A stretch of DNA of 64,000 bases from Octopus sinensis (lineage: Eukaryota). The notes under the pieces were generated by a model. The model worked only from the letters and a program-made list of their open reading frames with translations, had not been told where the DNA came from and searched no databases. Below, piece by piece: positions 26,191 through 39,002 of this stretch (positions within the stretch are counted from its first letter, which is position 1; every line of letters starts with the position of its first letter). The translations under genes were made by a program, and so were the position numbers. Where the stretch lies: NCBI RefSeq assembly GCF_006345805.1, contig NC_043007.1, forward strand, positions 55,986,001 to 56,050,000, read 5' to 3'.

Positions 26191-27053
26191 ATAGCAGAAT
26201 TTAATAATAATTAATGGTCACTTCTCTTCAACGTTCTCATCGTCATTATCACCATCATTACTGAAACTGTCGTTGGTTACTTCCCTGCTTCTACTTCTGT
26301 GACACAATAACTGCTGGTGCTATTGATGTTATTGTTGTGAATGCTGCTGTTGCTGCTGCTGCTGAGGATGATGACAACGACAACAACAACGATGAGAATA
26401 ACGGCAGGAGGACGGTGGTGGTGGCTGTGAAGTTATGTTTATGATGACGACAATAGTCTTGGATTGCGATATTCAGCTTCGCTAATCACATCGCATACCA
26501 ACTTTCATTGCCTTTTCTGGAACGGCGGCATTTTATAAGTCATAGCGAAGCTATTAACTGTCCATCTCAATTTACAGAGATTATCATTATTATTGTTGTT
26601 GCTGTTGTTGTGATTGTTATTGTTATTGTTTTGCCATCATTCTTGTAGTTCTTGTATTGGAGACGGAATATTTTTTACATTTGACGATTTGAATTAGTGT
26701 AATAAATTTTGTATAATTGCTGTTGCCAGATCACATGCGCAATTTGTATTTATCGTTTAATATTGTAATTTTCATTTCACTCTTTACATACGTACATACA
26801 TACCTCCATATATCTATATATCTATGTATCTATGTTTCTATGCATATATATATGCATAGATAAATATTTATGCATATATGTATTTATGTTTTCATCAGTG
26901 TGACACAGAATAATATGTATGCACTCTGAGTGTTCAAATTGATATGCCACTAAAATTCAGGTTTGAACTGCAGTTGAACATGTGATGTTGAGACAGACTC
27001 TCTGAAGCGGATAGGAGTGGCTTCTTCTTAAGCAGCTAGGCATAGATTAAAGC

Positions 27054-27667
27054 AAATGAAAAGGCAAACCATTTGGCAAGATTTAATAAAGAAGTTTAAT
27101 TTAGATATATAATAGAAAAGGTGTATATTTAGATATCTAAGCAGATGTAACAATGAAGGAATATTACTCCTCAATGATAATCATTGTAGTCTATATCAAA
27201 TGCACACCACCCACCTTCCTGCCCTCCTCCTACTATAGTGTAGTATACTCATTCTTCCTTTAGTCCTTATCCAACATTGGAACTAGCAACATCTGTTCCC
27301 CTCGCCCTGGATTATAATCAAACCATTCTCTCTTTTCTTATTCTACTAATGGACATTACTGCTTTTCTTAATTTGCCCATGGATCTACATAACGAATGCT
27401 TATTTTAATTAGATTTCTCCTCCATTTCTCAGCAAAATAAAATACAATAGTTATCATTGATGATTGATATTCCTTCGCTGTTACGCCGTTTAACTTCTCT
27501 CTCTCCCTGATGACGAGACACTCAATATTTGGAATCCTCGCACGGCACGATGTTCCAATAACTTGGATATTCTATAAACAGCTGTTAGATACTATGTATA
27601 CCTTTGTATTATATATCTAAATTAAATGTCTTTGTCAAGTCTTTCCAAACGCTTGGCCTTTTCATTT
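27054..27667. repeat. Diverged inverted repeat (~90-bp arms, ~430-bp spacer)
   Basis: AAATGAAAAGGC..TTTAATTTAGATATATAATA at 27054-27145 is mirrored at 27578-27667. Confidence 0.65.
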
Positions 27668-27697
27668 CTAATTTAATATATATATATATATATATAT

Positions 27698-28263
27698 TAG
27701 CTGACGTATCCGGTAATTCCCAGAAAAGCGGGGTTTATCCCTTGGCTCCGTTCTCATACTTGTTTCGCTAATCCAATAACAACAATAGTAAGTATGTAGC
27801 CCTTAAACGCTTTTTGTGCATTTACAGAGAATACCGAACTGTCTTACACAGGATCTTGTTTTTAGGAGTCCCCACTAAGTTATGAATACCCAAGTTATGT
27901 AATAACATGAAATTAGTTACTCGATAGTAAGAATTCAAATAAAGTAGCCCCGAAAAGGGCTTTGAGGCATTCCCAGAGTATACAGAACTTAGGAGGAAAT
28001 ACCAATTAGGTGTGTATATTAAAATCGTGAAGCATGCTATATAATAACAGGCTAATCATATATGAGATAATAACAATTCAAAGTAAATAACTCTGAAAGG
28101 GGCTTGTTTAAGGGTTGTACTGGATACATTGCGAAAATATCTCTAACAGTTTAAATACTAAGAAATAAGCATACTCAATTTGATTTATATCAAATAAAAT
28201 AGGAACATGAATGGGTTATTTCTCTTGGCTGTTTAAATAAAATGTATTAGTTATATATAAGGA
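27698..28263 (-). mobile_element. Non-autonomous Helitron-like element
   Basis: The minus strand begins A|TCCTTATATATAA and ends in a GC-rich subterminal stretch plus CTAA|T (CTRR-type end). Confidence 0.5.
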
Positions 28264-28489
28264 TCTCTTCCAGGGGTACTATTGTCGATGTTTTTCAATA
28301 ATCGAGTAAGCCATTAGATTTCCAGACATAAGTTCTACCCACGTGTCAAGTTTAATCAAAATCGATATCACGATGTAGGAAGAGTTAGCCAACATCTCCA
28401 CAAACACACACACAGACAGGATTTCCCACATATGTAGTCTATATATATATATATATATATACGATATACATGCGTGTATGTGTGAATGC

Positions 28490-28600
28490 GCATTGGCCCA
28501 GTGGTTAAGGCAGCGTAATCGCGATCGTGGAATCGTAGGATCGCGGTTTCGTTTCCCAGACCCCAGGCATTGTGAGTGTTTATTGAGCTCGGAGGGCGGT
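28490..28600 (+). mobile_element. tRNA-derived SINE head (third family)
   Basis: A-box TGGCCCAGTGGTTAAGG and B-box-like GGTTTCGTTTCC, followed by TGTGAGTGTTTATTGAGC, similar to the copy at 58640-58910; no tRNA acceptor stem. Confidence 0.7.
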
Positions 28601-28628
28601 TTTCTGCTAATGTATATAATGAACACTA

Positions 28629-28721
<93 letters not shown>

Positions 28722-28978
28722 TCACGCCAGCGTGTGTTCGTGTATGTATGTATGTATGTATACACACATGTTTGAAACAGCATTGTGATTCTGGTAAAAA
28801 TCAAGTTTATTATTATGTTGCTCAATCAAGACAGCATTATTGAGGCCAGTAGCTTTTCTGATGCATAAAGGGGAATTTTCCTCTATAATTTTCTCAATCC
28901 TCTTGTAAACTTTCGCTATTTTTTAAATGTTTTTTTATGGTATCTTTTGTGCCTTCTTGTACTTCACCTGTTCTCCAG

Positions 28979-29103
28979 ATTGCACGACAGATTCTCTGAC
29001 TCCACGTAAGATCAAAACAACAGATTGGGAGTATTCAGTGCACTGCAATAAACATTGGCGTCAGAAAGTTTCAAGAATCTACATCAGAATGGGAAAATGT
29101 AAA
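28979..29103 (+). CDS. Candidate internal exon of an unidentified gene
   Basis: Polypyrimidine tract + CCAG acceptor and AAA|GTAAGT donor. One frame is fully open (CTTDSLTPRKIKTTDWEYSVHCNKHWRQKVSRIYIRMGKCK). No homology recognised. Confidence 0.3.
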
Positions 29104-29604
29104 GTAAGTAGCCAGGAAAAGGTAACTGCTGGTCCAGTAGTCCCACGGATCCGTACTCACAAGACACATGATAGTGAACAATCAAATTACTGTTACGAAT
29201 AAGCGCTTGATTGCACATACGAATATAAATGTCACAGAACACACACACACACACTCAAACACACACTCAACTACCAATTTTACGCATTTGATCAATTTGC
29301 AAGTGTTTGCCGACGCGCCTCGAACCCGTTCAAATTCCAGGAGTATCCTCACATTTGTACTTCTCTCGAGTCGAACTCCCAGCTGCTCGATGCCTACGAC
29401 ACCATCTAGACATCGTCATTAAACCGGCTGCGGTAGTGTGAAGTGCAAACATTTACGGGGCTGAGGCGTTCCGTCAACTTCATTCTTTCATCTCTTCTCT
29501 TCTACCCTATCCGACATCTTTACCCTCCACTTTTTATCTGAACCTCTCTTCTAACTTGTTTCTCGTTCGCGGGTGCATTTTACAGTCAGGTCATGGGAGA
29601 ACTT

Positions 29605-29665
29605 AAGACAAAACATGTACATGATAACACTTCCAATCAGTTAAGATCAGAAGTCATGAGAGCCA
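29605..29665 (-). mobile_element. 5' 60-bp stub of the 555-bp element, next to (TTC)n
   Basis: Reverse complement of TGGCTCTCATG..GGAAGTGTTATCATGTACAT. Confidence 0.8.
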
Positions 29666-29824
29666 TTCTTCTTCTTCTTCTTCTTCTTCTTCTTCTTCTT
29701 CTTCTTCTTCTTCTCTTCTTCTTCTTCTTCTTCTTCTTCTTCTTTTTCTTCTTTTTCTTCTTCTTCTTCTTCTTCTTCTTCTTCTTCTTCTTCTTCTTCT
29801 TCTTCTTCTTCTTCTTCTTCTTCA

Positions 29825-29935
29825 TTGTTCATCCTTTCGGGAACGATTAAATAAATATCAGTTACGCACTGAGGTGGATGTAATCGACTAGACACCCTCC
29901 CCTAAATTTCAGGCCTTGTGTCTATAATAGAAAGG

Positions 29936-29968
<33 letters not shown>

Positions 29969-30217
29969 GGGAGTAAGGCGGCGAGCTAGCAAAATCGTTA
30001 GCACTCCGGGCGAAATGCCTGATATTTCGTCTGCCGCTACGTTCTGTGTACAGATTCCGCTGAGGTAGACTTTGCCTTTCATCTTTTCAGGGTCGATAAA
30101 TTAAGTACCTATTTCTTTATTGCGGGTCGATGAAATCAACTGTCCCCTTCCCCCAAATTTCAGGCCTTGCGCATATAGTAGAAAAGATTATTATTATTGT
30201 TGTTATTATTATTATTA

Positions 30218-30257
<40 letters not shown>

Positions 30258-30665
30258 GGCAGTAAGGCGGCGAGCTGGTAGAATCGTTAGCACGGCAAAC
30301 GAAATGCTTAGTGGTATTTCGTCTGCCATTACGTTCTGAGTTCAAATTCCGCCGAGGTCGACTTTACCTTTCATCCTTTCGGGGTCGATAAATTAAGTAC
30401 CAGTTACGCACTGGGGTCGATATAATCGACTTAATCCGTTTGTGTGTCCTTGTTTGTCCTCTCTGAGTTTAGCTCCTTGTGGGTAGTAAAGAAATAGGTA
30501 TTTCGTCAGTCTACAGGTTCTGAGTTGAAATTGCGCTGAGGTCGACTTTGCCTTTCATACTTTCGGGGTCGATAAAGTAAGTAACAGTTGAGCAGTGCTG
30601 TTGATGTAATCAACTAGTTCCCTTGCACAAAATTACTGGCCTTGTGTTTGAAGTTTGAAACCATT
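29825..30665 (+). mobile_element. Cluster of three SINE family M copies (5'-truncated, monomer at 29977, dimer at 30266) separated by (ATT)n
   Basis: Repeated heads GGCGGCGAGCT, central domains, and the junction at about 30488-30505. Confidence 0.85.
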
Positions 30666-31830
30666 ATTATTATTGGCAGAATCTACACCAAGGAAGGTCG
30701 GTGTTGTTACTTAGAAACCTGATTAATTAATGCTGAAAGTTTGGTAATTTTCCCAATAGGCTAATGTGAACTTAGAAACTGAATCGGCTAACCCAGATCA
30801 TATTTAAATATAGTTTAGCGCTGTTAGGTTGGCAAACAGGAATTGCATAGTACAGTACTCAGACTGACGAATACAAGTCTTCAGTTCAAATATTCGGGAA
30901 ATTCCATCAACTCCCAATTCTTTATTAATAAGACAAAATAAATTTGTACTTATAGACAAAAAAATCTCTTAAATGTTATAAAATTTAGCAATTTGCTCAT
31001 ACATTTAAACCAATCTCCGCCCACGAAGTTAGCTTCCCTATGAGAAAAATTAACATATGGTGTTCACTTTGTAAGTCATGTTACAGAACATGTTTGCCAG
31101 TGGTTTATGAAGTTCTTTGTAAACAATTGTAGAAGTAGGGGTTCACGCTAGAGAGAAATATGTAATTTTGTTAGTTTTTCTGTCAAAATGTGCTGCAATG
31201 TCTCCGTGTTGAAAATATATGGTGAATCAATGAAAAAGTGTACAAATATGTCCGATGTAATGGTTTGAGTAGTAAAGTTTACATTGAAATTTGTACGTCA
31301 CATTCGTTGTCTGAAGTACGTTCTATCCCTTGCGCATGTATAATTACACACACACACGCACGCACGCACGCACGCATACACACACAATGCGTGTGTCGGT
31401 ATGTATGTGTGCATGCATGTGCGGGTGTGTATGTGTGTGTTTGCAAAAATACAGTAATCAATATGTACTGCTACTCTATAAAACTATAGACTTTTATTGG
31501 TATGTTTTTGTTTTTTCGTTTTTCGGTGTATCATTACGGATGTTGACCGAACATAAAGTTCCGATATGTTGAGAATAACCGTCTGTCAATGATCAAGCTA
31601 TTTGATATGTTGTATTTATATATTTATTTAGTAACTTGCTTATTTTTTCATATCACCTGAGGTACAAAGTGACAAAAAATATTTAAGATGTGTGTGTGTG
31701 TTTTCTTCCTTTGTGTGTATATTCACATATACAGTCTCACTCAAGCACACACACACACATGCATATAATTTTTCATATTTGCACATTTGTATATATTTTT
31801 TAACACACGCGCATATGTTTATAAGTGTTA

Positions 31831-32749
<919 letters not shown>

Positions 32750-32947
32750 TATATATATAAAAATGTATATATATATGTATATATATATATATATATATGC
32801 AAATATATATTTATATACATATATATATGTATAATTTGTGTGAACATAAGTACATGTGCAAACATATAGATGTTACGCCTACAAACACACATACAGGCAC
32901 ACACGCAAACACACACACGCACACACACAGACACAGACACACACACA

Positions 32948-32978
<31 letters not shown>

Positions 32979-33388
32979 CACACACACATACATAAACACA
33001 CCACAAAGGGAGAGAGTGAGGAGCTAGAGAGCTAACGAGTATCAGAATTCTGCTACTCGTATAGAATGTGACTGATACAAAGAAATAGTCGGCGACAACG
33101 GTTAAAGATAATGAATATGTATGAGAATGAAAAGCGTACAAAAGCAGCTTGGAAAACATATACACAAAGAGCTTTCTCTCTCTCTTTCTCTCTCTGTCAC
33201 ACTCTCTCTGTCGCTCTTTCTCCCTCTCTTTCTTTCTTTCTTTCTTTGTTTCTTTCTTTGTTTGTTTCTTTCTTTCTCTCTCTTTCTCTCTCTCTCCCTA
33301 TACATATGTGTGTGTGTGTGTGCGTGTCTGTGTACATGTGTGTGTTTGTGTGAATATACATACATATATGCATACATACATACATACG

Positions 33389-33452
<64 letters not shown>

Positions 33453-33460
33453 CACGCACT
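32750..33460. repeat. Compound (TA)/(CA)/(CT)/(CTTT) microsatellite field
   Basis: Direct inspection. Confidence 0.9.
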
Positions 33461-33679
33461 AACTCATATTCATATTGACTTTAGTCTAGACAGTAGACAC
33501 AGCAAACTGCACAGTTTCCTTTTAAAATATTCTCACGCATGTATGACGATATATCATATATTTGATATCAGTTATGCAATGACTATGTATAACTTTACTT
33601 CAACTTGTGTATTGCAACTGTTATGATAATGTGCTTTAATATATACACAAATATATATACACACATACACACACAGTTA

Positions 33680-34235
33680 TACGTGGTCTGATCAATAAGT
33701 AACCGAACTGCTGCTATAATAACGAAGCTAAAGCAGACAGAGTAAAGCCGCTTGACACAGATATACTTTGGACTCTGCTGTGCATGTGCACTAAGTTTTA
33801 ACGCTCTAGCTCACTTCCGCTGTTTGCAGCAGGGCTTGGAAGGAAGGTATGTAGCGTGTAATCGCCGCATTGTCCATAAAAAAAGTTGACCAGAGAATCT
33901 GCATCAAATGTTTCCAAAATTTGGCAATACCTGCTAAGAGGTCTACGCAAAGTTTTCAAAAAAATTTCGTTCGTCGTTCTCGACAAAATCAAGTAGATAT
34001 TGTGCAACTGAAACCCGAGTGTGTTTTTGGTCAGCTGAAAGTAGTTTTGCTACAAACTTGGCAGACACGCGTCTCATAGCCAAATCTCCAGTGATAACGG
34101 ACTGAACTGATAACACACGGATGAAGATTCGACGATTTCTCCTCACAGCTGCACGCACATCTGCGATGTTTTTCTCAGTTCTGCTGGTTGCGGGTCTCCC
34201 AGAACTCTCGTTAATATCGACATATTCTTCAAATT
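33680..34235. mobile_element. Mariner relic with an internal inversion
   Basis: Plus strand: TIR-like TACGTGGTCTGATCAATAAG and KVDQRICIK.. up to ~33965. Minus strand 33950-34235: SGRPATSRTEKNIADVRAAV..MRRVSAKFVAKLLSADQK. Confidence 0.8.
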
Positions 34236-34679
34236 TTACCATACGGCTTTACTCTGCCCCCCCCACTCTACCCCACACACCTCCCCCTATCCCACACCTA
34301 TCCCCCACATACCCCACCCCTATCCCATACTCCTCCCCCAAATACCTCACCTCTAACCCCACCTTCTACTATCAAAACCACACCCCCCACCAACCCCCCC
34401 CCAGCCGAACCCACCCCCACCTGTGCTTCCCCCCTCTCGCTCCCCCACCTCCCCAAACAACCAACATCACACCAAACTACACACCATACAACATTACACA
34501 TCACCACAATACACCACCCACACACCCATCCCCACATCTTTACACCTACACATACATACACACACTCGTCCAGACCACCAGCCCTCTTTCATCCGCACAT
34601 ACATACTCTCTTATACACACACGCACCTTTGTGTTGGGGGCACCTTCGTATTGGAAGTCACTTGACCCTGTTATCTTCC

Positions 34680-34905
34680 CTACTGTCCCTCTCGTGTCTG
34701 ACCATTGTCCGAAGTCAGGACGCCATGATAGATCGTTAGCTACAACACACATTTGTTTTCTCTCCTTGTTTTTTTTCTGTGTATCTTTCTGTCGAAGAGC
34801 GTAGGGTCGAAACGTAAAAGAATTTTTCTATTCCTGAGCGCTATACTAATACATTGTTTGTTTGTACTCCACTGCCTTCGTCTTTTGTTTATTTTCGTAA
34901 ACTTT
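34680..34905 (+). mobile_element. Penelope pLTR-like segment with a hammerhead-like motif
   Basis: TCTTT-CTGTCGA-A-GAGCGTAGGGTC-GAAA-CG-TA-AAAGA at 34784-34821. Confidence 0.55.
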
Positions 34906-34983
34906 CCATTTAGATATATATATATATATATATATATATGTATTATATTATTGGTGTATATATATGTATGTATGTATATATAT

Positions 34984-35015
<32 letters not shown>

Positions 35016-35201
35016 ATATATATATATATAATAAATATTAGGGAATAAATCGAATTTACAGGAAAATCAGATTTAGGATTAATCCAATTTTATAGTAAAA
35101 TATTATATAATATTAATTAGAGACAAAACCACTATTTTGCCAAACAAACAAGGAAAGACTTAATCAATACATAAATTTTTAATAAAAAGTCAAAAAAACC
35201 G

Positions 35202-35244
35202 CCACTACAATTGTTTCTTGTCCTGATCGACAATCTTCAGGTGG
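35202..35244 (-). ncRNA. Minimal type-I hammerhead ribozyme with intact core
   Basis: CCAC-CUGAAGA-UUGUC-GAUCAG-GACAA-GAAA-C-AAUU-GUA-GUGG: stem I 4 bp, stem II 5 bp, palindromic stem III, GUA cleavage triplet. Confidence 0.8.
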
Positions 35245-37114
35245 ACTTCCAATCTAAAATATCAATATTTTAAAATATAAAAAATAATAATTTTAAAATA
35301 CTTAAAGTATCAATGAAAAAATATAAATATATAATCTATATATAACCTATATATAATCCATATATAATCAATAATAAACAATATATAAACTAAAATAACC
35401 TATCAACAATTAAATATAAATATAAAATATAAATAAAAACAAAATAAAAATAAACTATATATCACCCATACACATATAACTAATTATATATACCCATATC
35501 TAAATACATACACTAAATCCACACCTATATATATATCCCTATACATACACATAAAAACGTCTAGGCAACGATAAATAAATAAATAGCCAAATACTTCAAC
35601 ACAATACTTATTCATACTCCCTCCCACACATACCACCCACATTCATAAACAATATACGTATACCCGCTCACACATACATATACAAACATACAGAACTCGA
35701 TATATACACCAATATATTCACACCCACAACTATACAGATAAATAAATTACGCAAATAATCCACACACACAACACACCCATTCACACATACATAAACACTC
35801 AAAGCAAAATAAATAATTCTTTGCACTTGTTGATCGAACGTTTTTTTTTTAAATTATAAACGGAATAATATATAATCAACTTAAATATACAGAATCTACT
35901 ACAAAACACCAATAAACGATCATGATAAATGAAACCCACATACATATTATGATAAAACTCCTCCTACCATACACAATTACACCTATATAGCAAACCCATA
36001 TACACATTCACTAAATGATGTTCGTTTCCAGAGCGGGAATGCTTCTTATACACATGTAAGGTTCCTATGGTAACCCCACATATGTACAAAAAGCATTCCC
36101 GCTAAAGAATTCGTAGTAATTTATGTCTATTTACGATGTTTGTTATTTTATTACATTATTTCATTCATAATTTTTAAGTAATGTTCGTTTTACCACGTGA
36201 ATATAATTTTTAATTCCATTTATTCCATTTCTCCATTCATAATTTTAAATGATGTTCGTTACAGAGCGGGAATGCTTTTTGTACATATGTGGGGTTACCA
36301 TAGGAACCTTACATGTGTATAAGAAGTATTCCCGCTCTGGAAACGAACATCTTAGTGAATGTGTATATGGGTTTTGCTATATAGTGTAATTGTGTATGGT
36401 AGGGGGAGTTTTATCATAATATGTATGTGGGTTTCATTTATCATGATCGTTTATTGGTGTTTTGTAGTAGATTCTGTATATTAAGTTGATTATATATTAT
36501 TCGTTTATAATTTAAAAAAAAACGTTCGATCAACAAGTGCAAGAATTATTTATTTTGTTTTGAGTGTGTATGTTGTGTGAATGGGTGTGTGTGTGTGTGT
36601 GTGGGGGGGGATTATTTTGTAATTTATTTATCTGTATAGTTGTGGGTGTGAATATATTGGTGTATATATCGAGTTCTGTATGTTTGTATATGTATGTGTG
36701 AGGGGTATACGTATATTGTTATGATGTGGGTTGTATGTGTGTGTGAGGGAGTATGAATAAGTATTGTGTGTTGAAGTATTTGGCTATTTTATTTATTTAT
36801 CGTTGCCTAGACGTTTTTATGTGTATGTATAGGGATATATATATAGGTGGTGATTTAGTGTATGTATTTAGATATGGTTATATATAATTAGTTATATGTG
36901 TATGGGTGTATATATAGTTTCTTTTATTGTGGTTTTATATTTATATTAATTGTTGATAGGTTTATTTTAGTTTATATATTGTTTATATATTGATTATATA
37001 TGGATTATATCTAGGTTAATATAGATTATATATTTATATTTTTTTCATTGATACTTTAATATTTTAAAATTATTATTTTTTATATTTTAAAATATGATAT
37101 TTTAGATTGGAAGT

Positions 37115-37157
37115 CCACCTGAAGATTGTCGATCAGGACAAAAAACAATTGTAGTGG
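37115..37157 (+). ncRNA. Mirror hammerhead copy with G12>A core mutation (probably inactive)
   Basis: CCACCTGAAGATTGTCGATCAGGACAA-AAAA-CAATTGTAGTGG. Confidence 0.65.
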
Positions 37158-37241
37158 CGGTTTTTTTACTTTTTATTAAAATTTTATGTATTGATTAAGT
37201 CTTTCCTTGTTTGTTTTGCAAAATAGTGGTTTTGTCTCTAA

Positions 37242-37335
<94 letters not shown>

Positions 37336-37754
37336 ACGTACATATATATAGAATATGTGTATATATTCATATATATTTGTATGTGTGTATATGTTGCTTT
37401 TTGCGTGTGTGGTTTGTGGGAGGTGGTGCTTGAATCGTGCGGGCCTGGTTAGCGATCAGAGAACTCATAGGATCGACCCATGGTAAATTGTGATATGGCT
37501 ATTTTTCACAACAGAACATGTGCACAATGGAAAGGTGTGCATCTCAGTTGGAAGATTGAAAAGGCATGTCAAAAGAGTTCACACTGTCGCACCTGTTTCT
37601 TCTGCCAGCCAGCACAGCTGTGCCTTATGTAATAGAATGTGTAAAACTTTCGCCGGGCCCAAGAGTCATACAAGGGCTTCACATTGTATCAACATTGACT
37701 TATTCCAATGATTCTTTCTAGCAATGGCCTTGCTCGTATACGAGAAAGCAGCTG

Positions 37755-37789
<35 letters not shown>

Positions 37790-37914
37790 TGTATGTTTGT
37801 ATGTATGTATGTATGTATGTATGTATGTATGTACGTATGTATGTACGTATGTATGTATGTATGTATGTATGTATGTATGTATGTATGTATGTATGTATGT
37901 ATGCATGTATATAT

Positions 37915-37950
<36 letters not shown>

Positions 37951-38354
37951 GCATACACATACTGTGTAGATATATTTAAAGGTGCCTAGCAAAGCGGATT
38001 GCATCGAATCTTATTCTCCTACCTAAGTTTAACCTTACCTGATGAAAGCGTTTTTTTAATGATGTAATCGTAGTAATCGATCTATTCATCAATAGAGAAA
38101 TGCTACTGAAACAGGTGTTGTGAACTTTTAAAATCCATTTGTGACCTTATTTTACGCAAGTAAGGAGAGACACAAATAAGAAAGAAGAAAACAAAGGACC
38201 ACTGATTCGGTCACAGGAGTGTGACGAAAGAACTCTGGCCGAAATAAGATTAAGATTAATGTAAAAAATAAATAACACTGAAGCAAAATGACACCAAATA
38301 TATAGTGCGTGTGTTTTTATTGGCTAAACTGGCAAAATGACCATTCCGAAATAT

Positions 38355-38392
<38 letters not shown>

Positions 38393-38395
<3 letters not shown>

Positions 38396-39002
38396 CTGGC
38401 AATGTATCCCAATTGTTGTCCGGGTATTATGTTATGACCTACAGCCACATTGTATTATTTGCTCCTTTCTTATGGCCAGAATCGTCTTACGAAGAGTATA
38501 AAGTAAACAACTCTTCTTTATAAACATGTTTTTTTGATCATTTTGTGATGAACAATGCTGACATTTTTGACATGTACAATAGCAGATTAGATTAGAATGA
38601 AATCTTAATATTGCCCCGAAATGTCCTAAAAATTATGCGACCGAGCCTCGTTTTGGTGCTAATTTTTCTAGTAAAATAGGTTTCCTGAGCCAAACACTTA
38701 CTTTAGACTGGTAGCCGAAAGATTGGTCAATGTTTTGACATATGATACAGCAATATTAGCAACTCCTTTTCATGGTTAAAAATAGGGTAGTATAGAAGCT
38801 GAAATAGTTCTTACCCGCCCTAAATTATTTGTTGATGACTGTGAATCACACAGATATACATAAGCTTCCCCAATTAAAAGGCCATGCTCAAAAGTATTAT
38901 GGTTTTCTGCAAGCATATTTGGTATCAGTTTATATCAATGTCGAAGCCAACAGAATAAAGAAGGGACTTTTGGGGCTGTATGTGTATGCACATATATAAG
39001 GT
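38393..39002 (-). mobile_element. Non-autonomous Helitron-like element with ends like 27698-28263
   Basis: The minus strand starts CCTTATATAT and ends CCCGGACAAC..TGCCAG|TA. Confidence 0.45.

Larger units (their letters stand above)
35095..37250. repeat. ~2.15-kb palindrome (arms ~35095-36103 and ~36265-37250), flanked by (TA)n
   Basis: The arms align by eye at roughly 90-95% with many 1-bp indels; spacer about 160 bp. Confidence 0.92.

Noticed and set aside
26475-26552. 10-bp terminal stem AGCTTCGCTA/TAGCGAAGCT, suggesting a snoRNA or pre-miRNA
   Set aside because: No proper C/D boxes on either strand, and the interior does not pair.
28490-28560. tRNA-like sequence
   Set aside because: A/B boxes only, no cloverleaf; it is a SINE head.
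34121-34804. 227-aa Pro/Thr/His-rich ORF
   Set aside because: It is antisense mariner plus a noisy C/A-rich low-complexity tract that may contain sequencing error.
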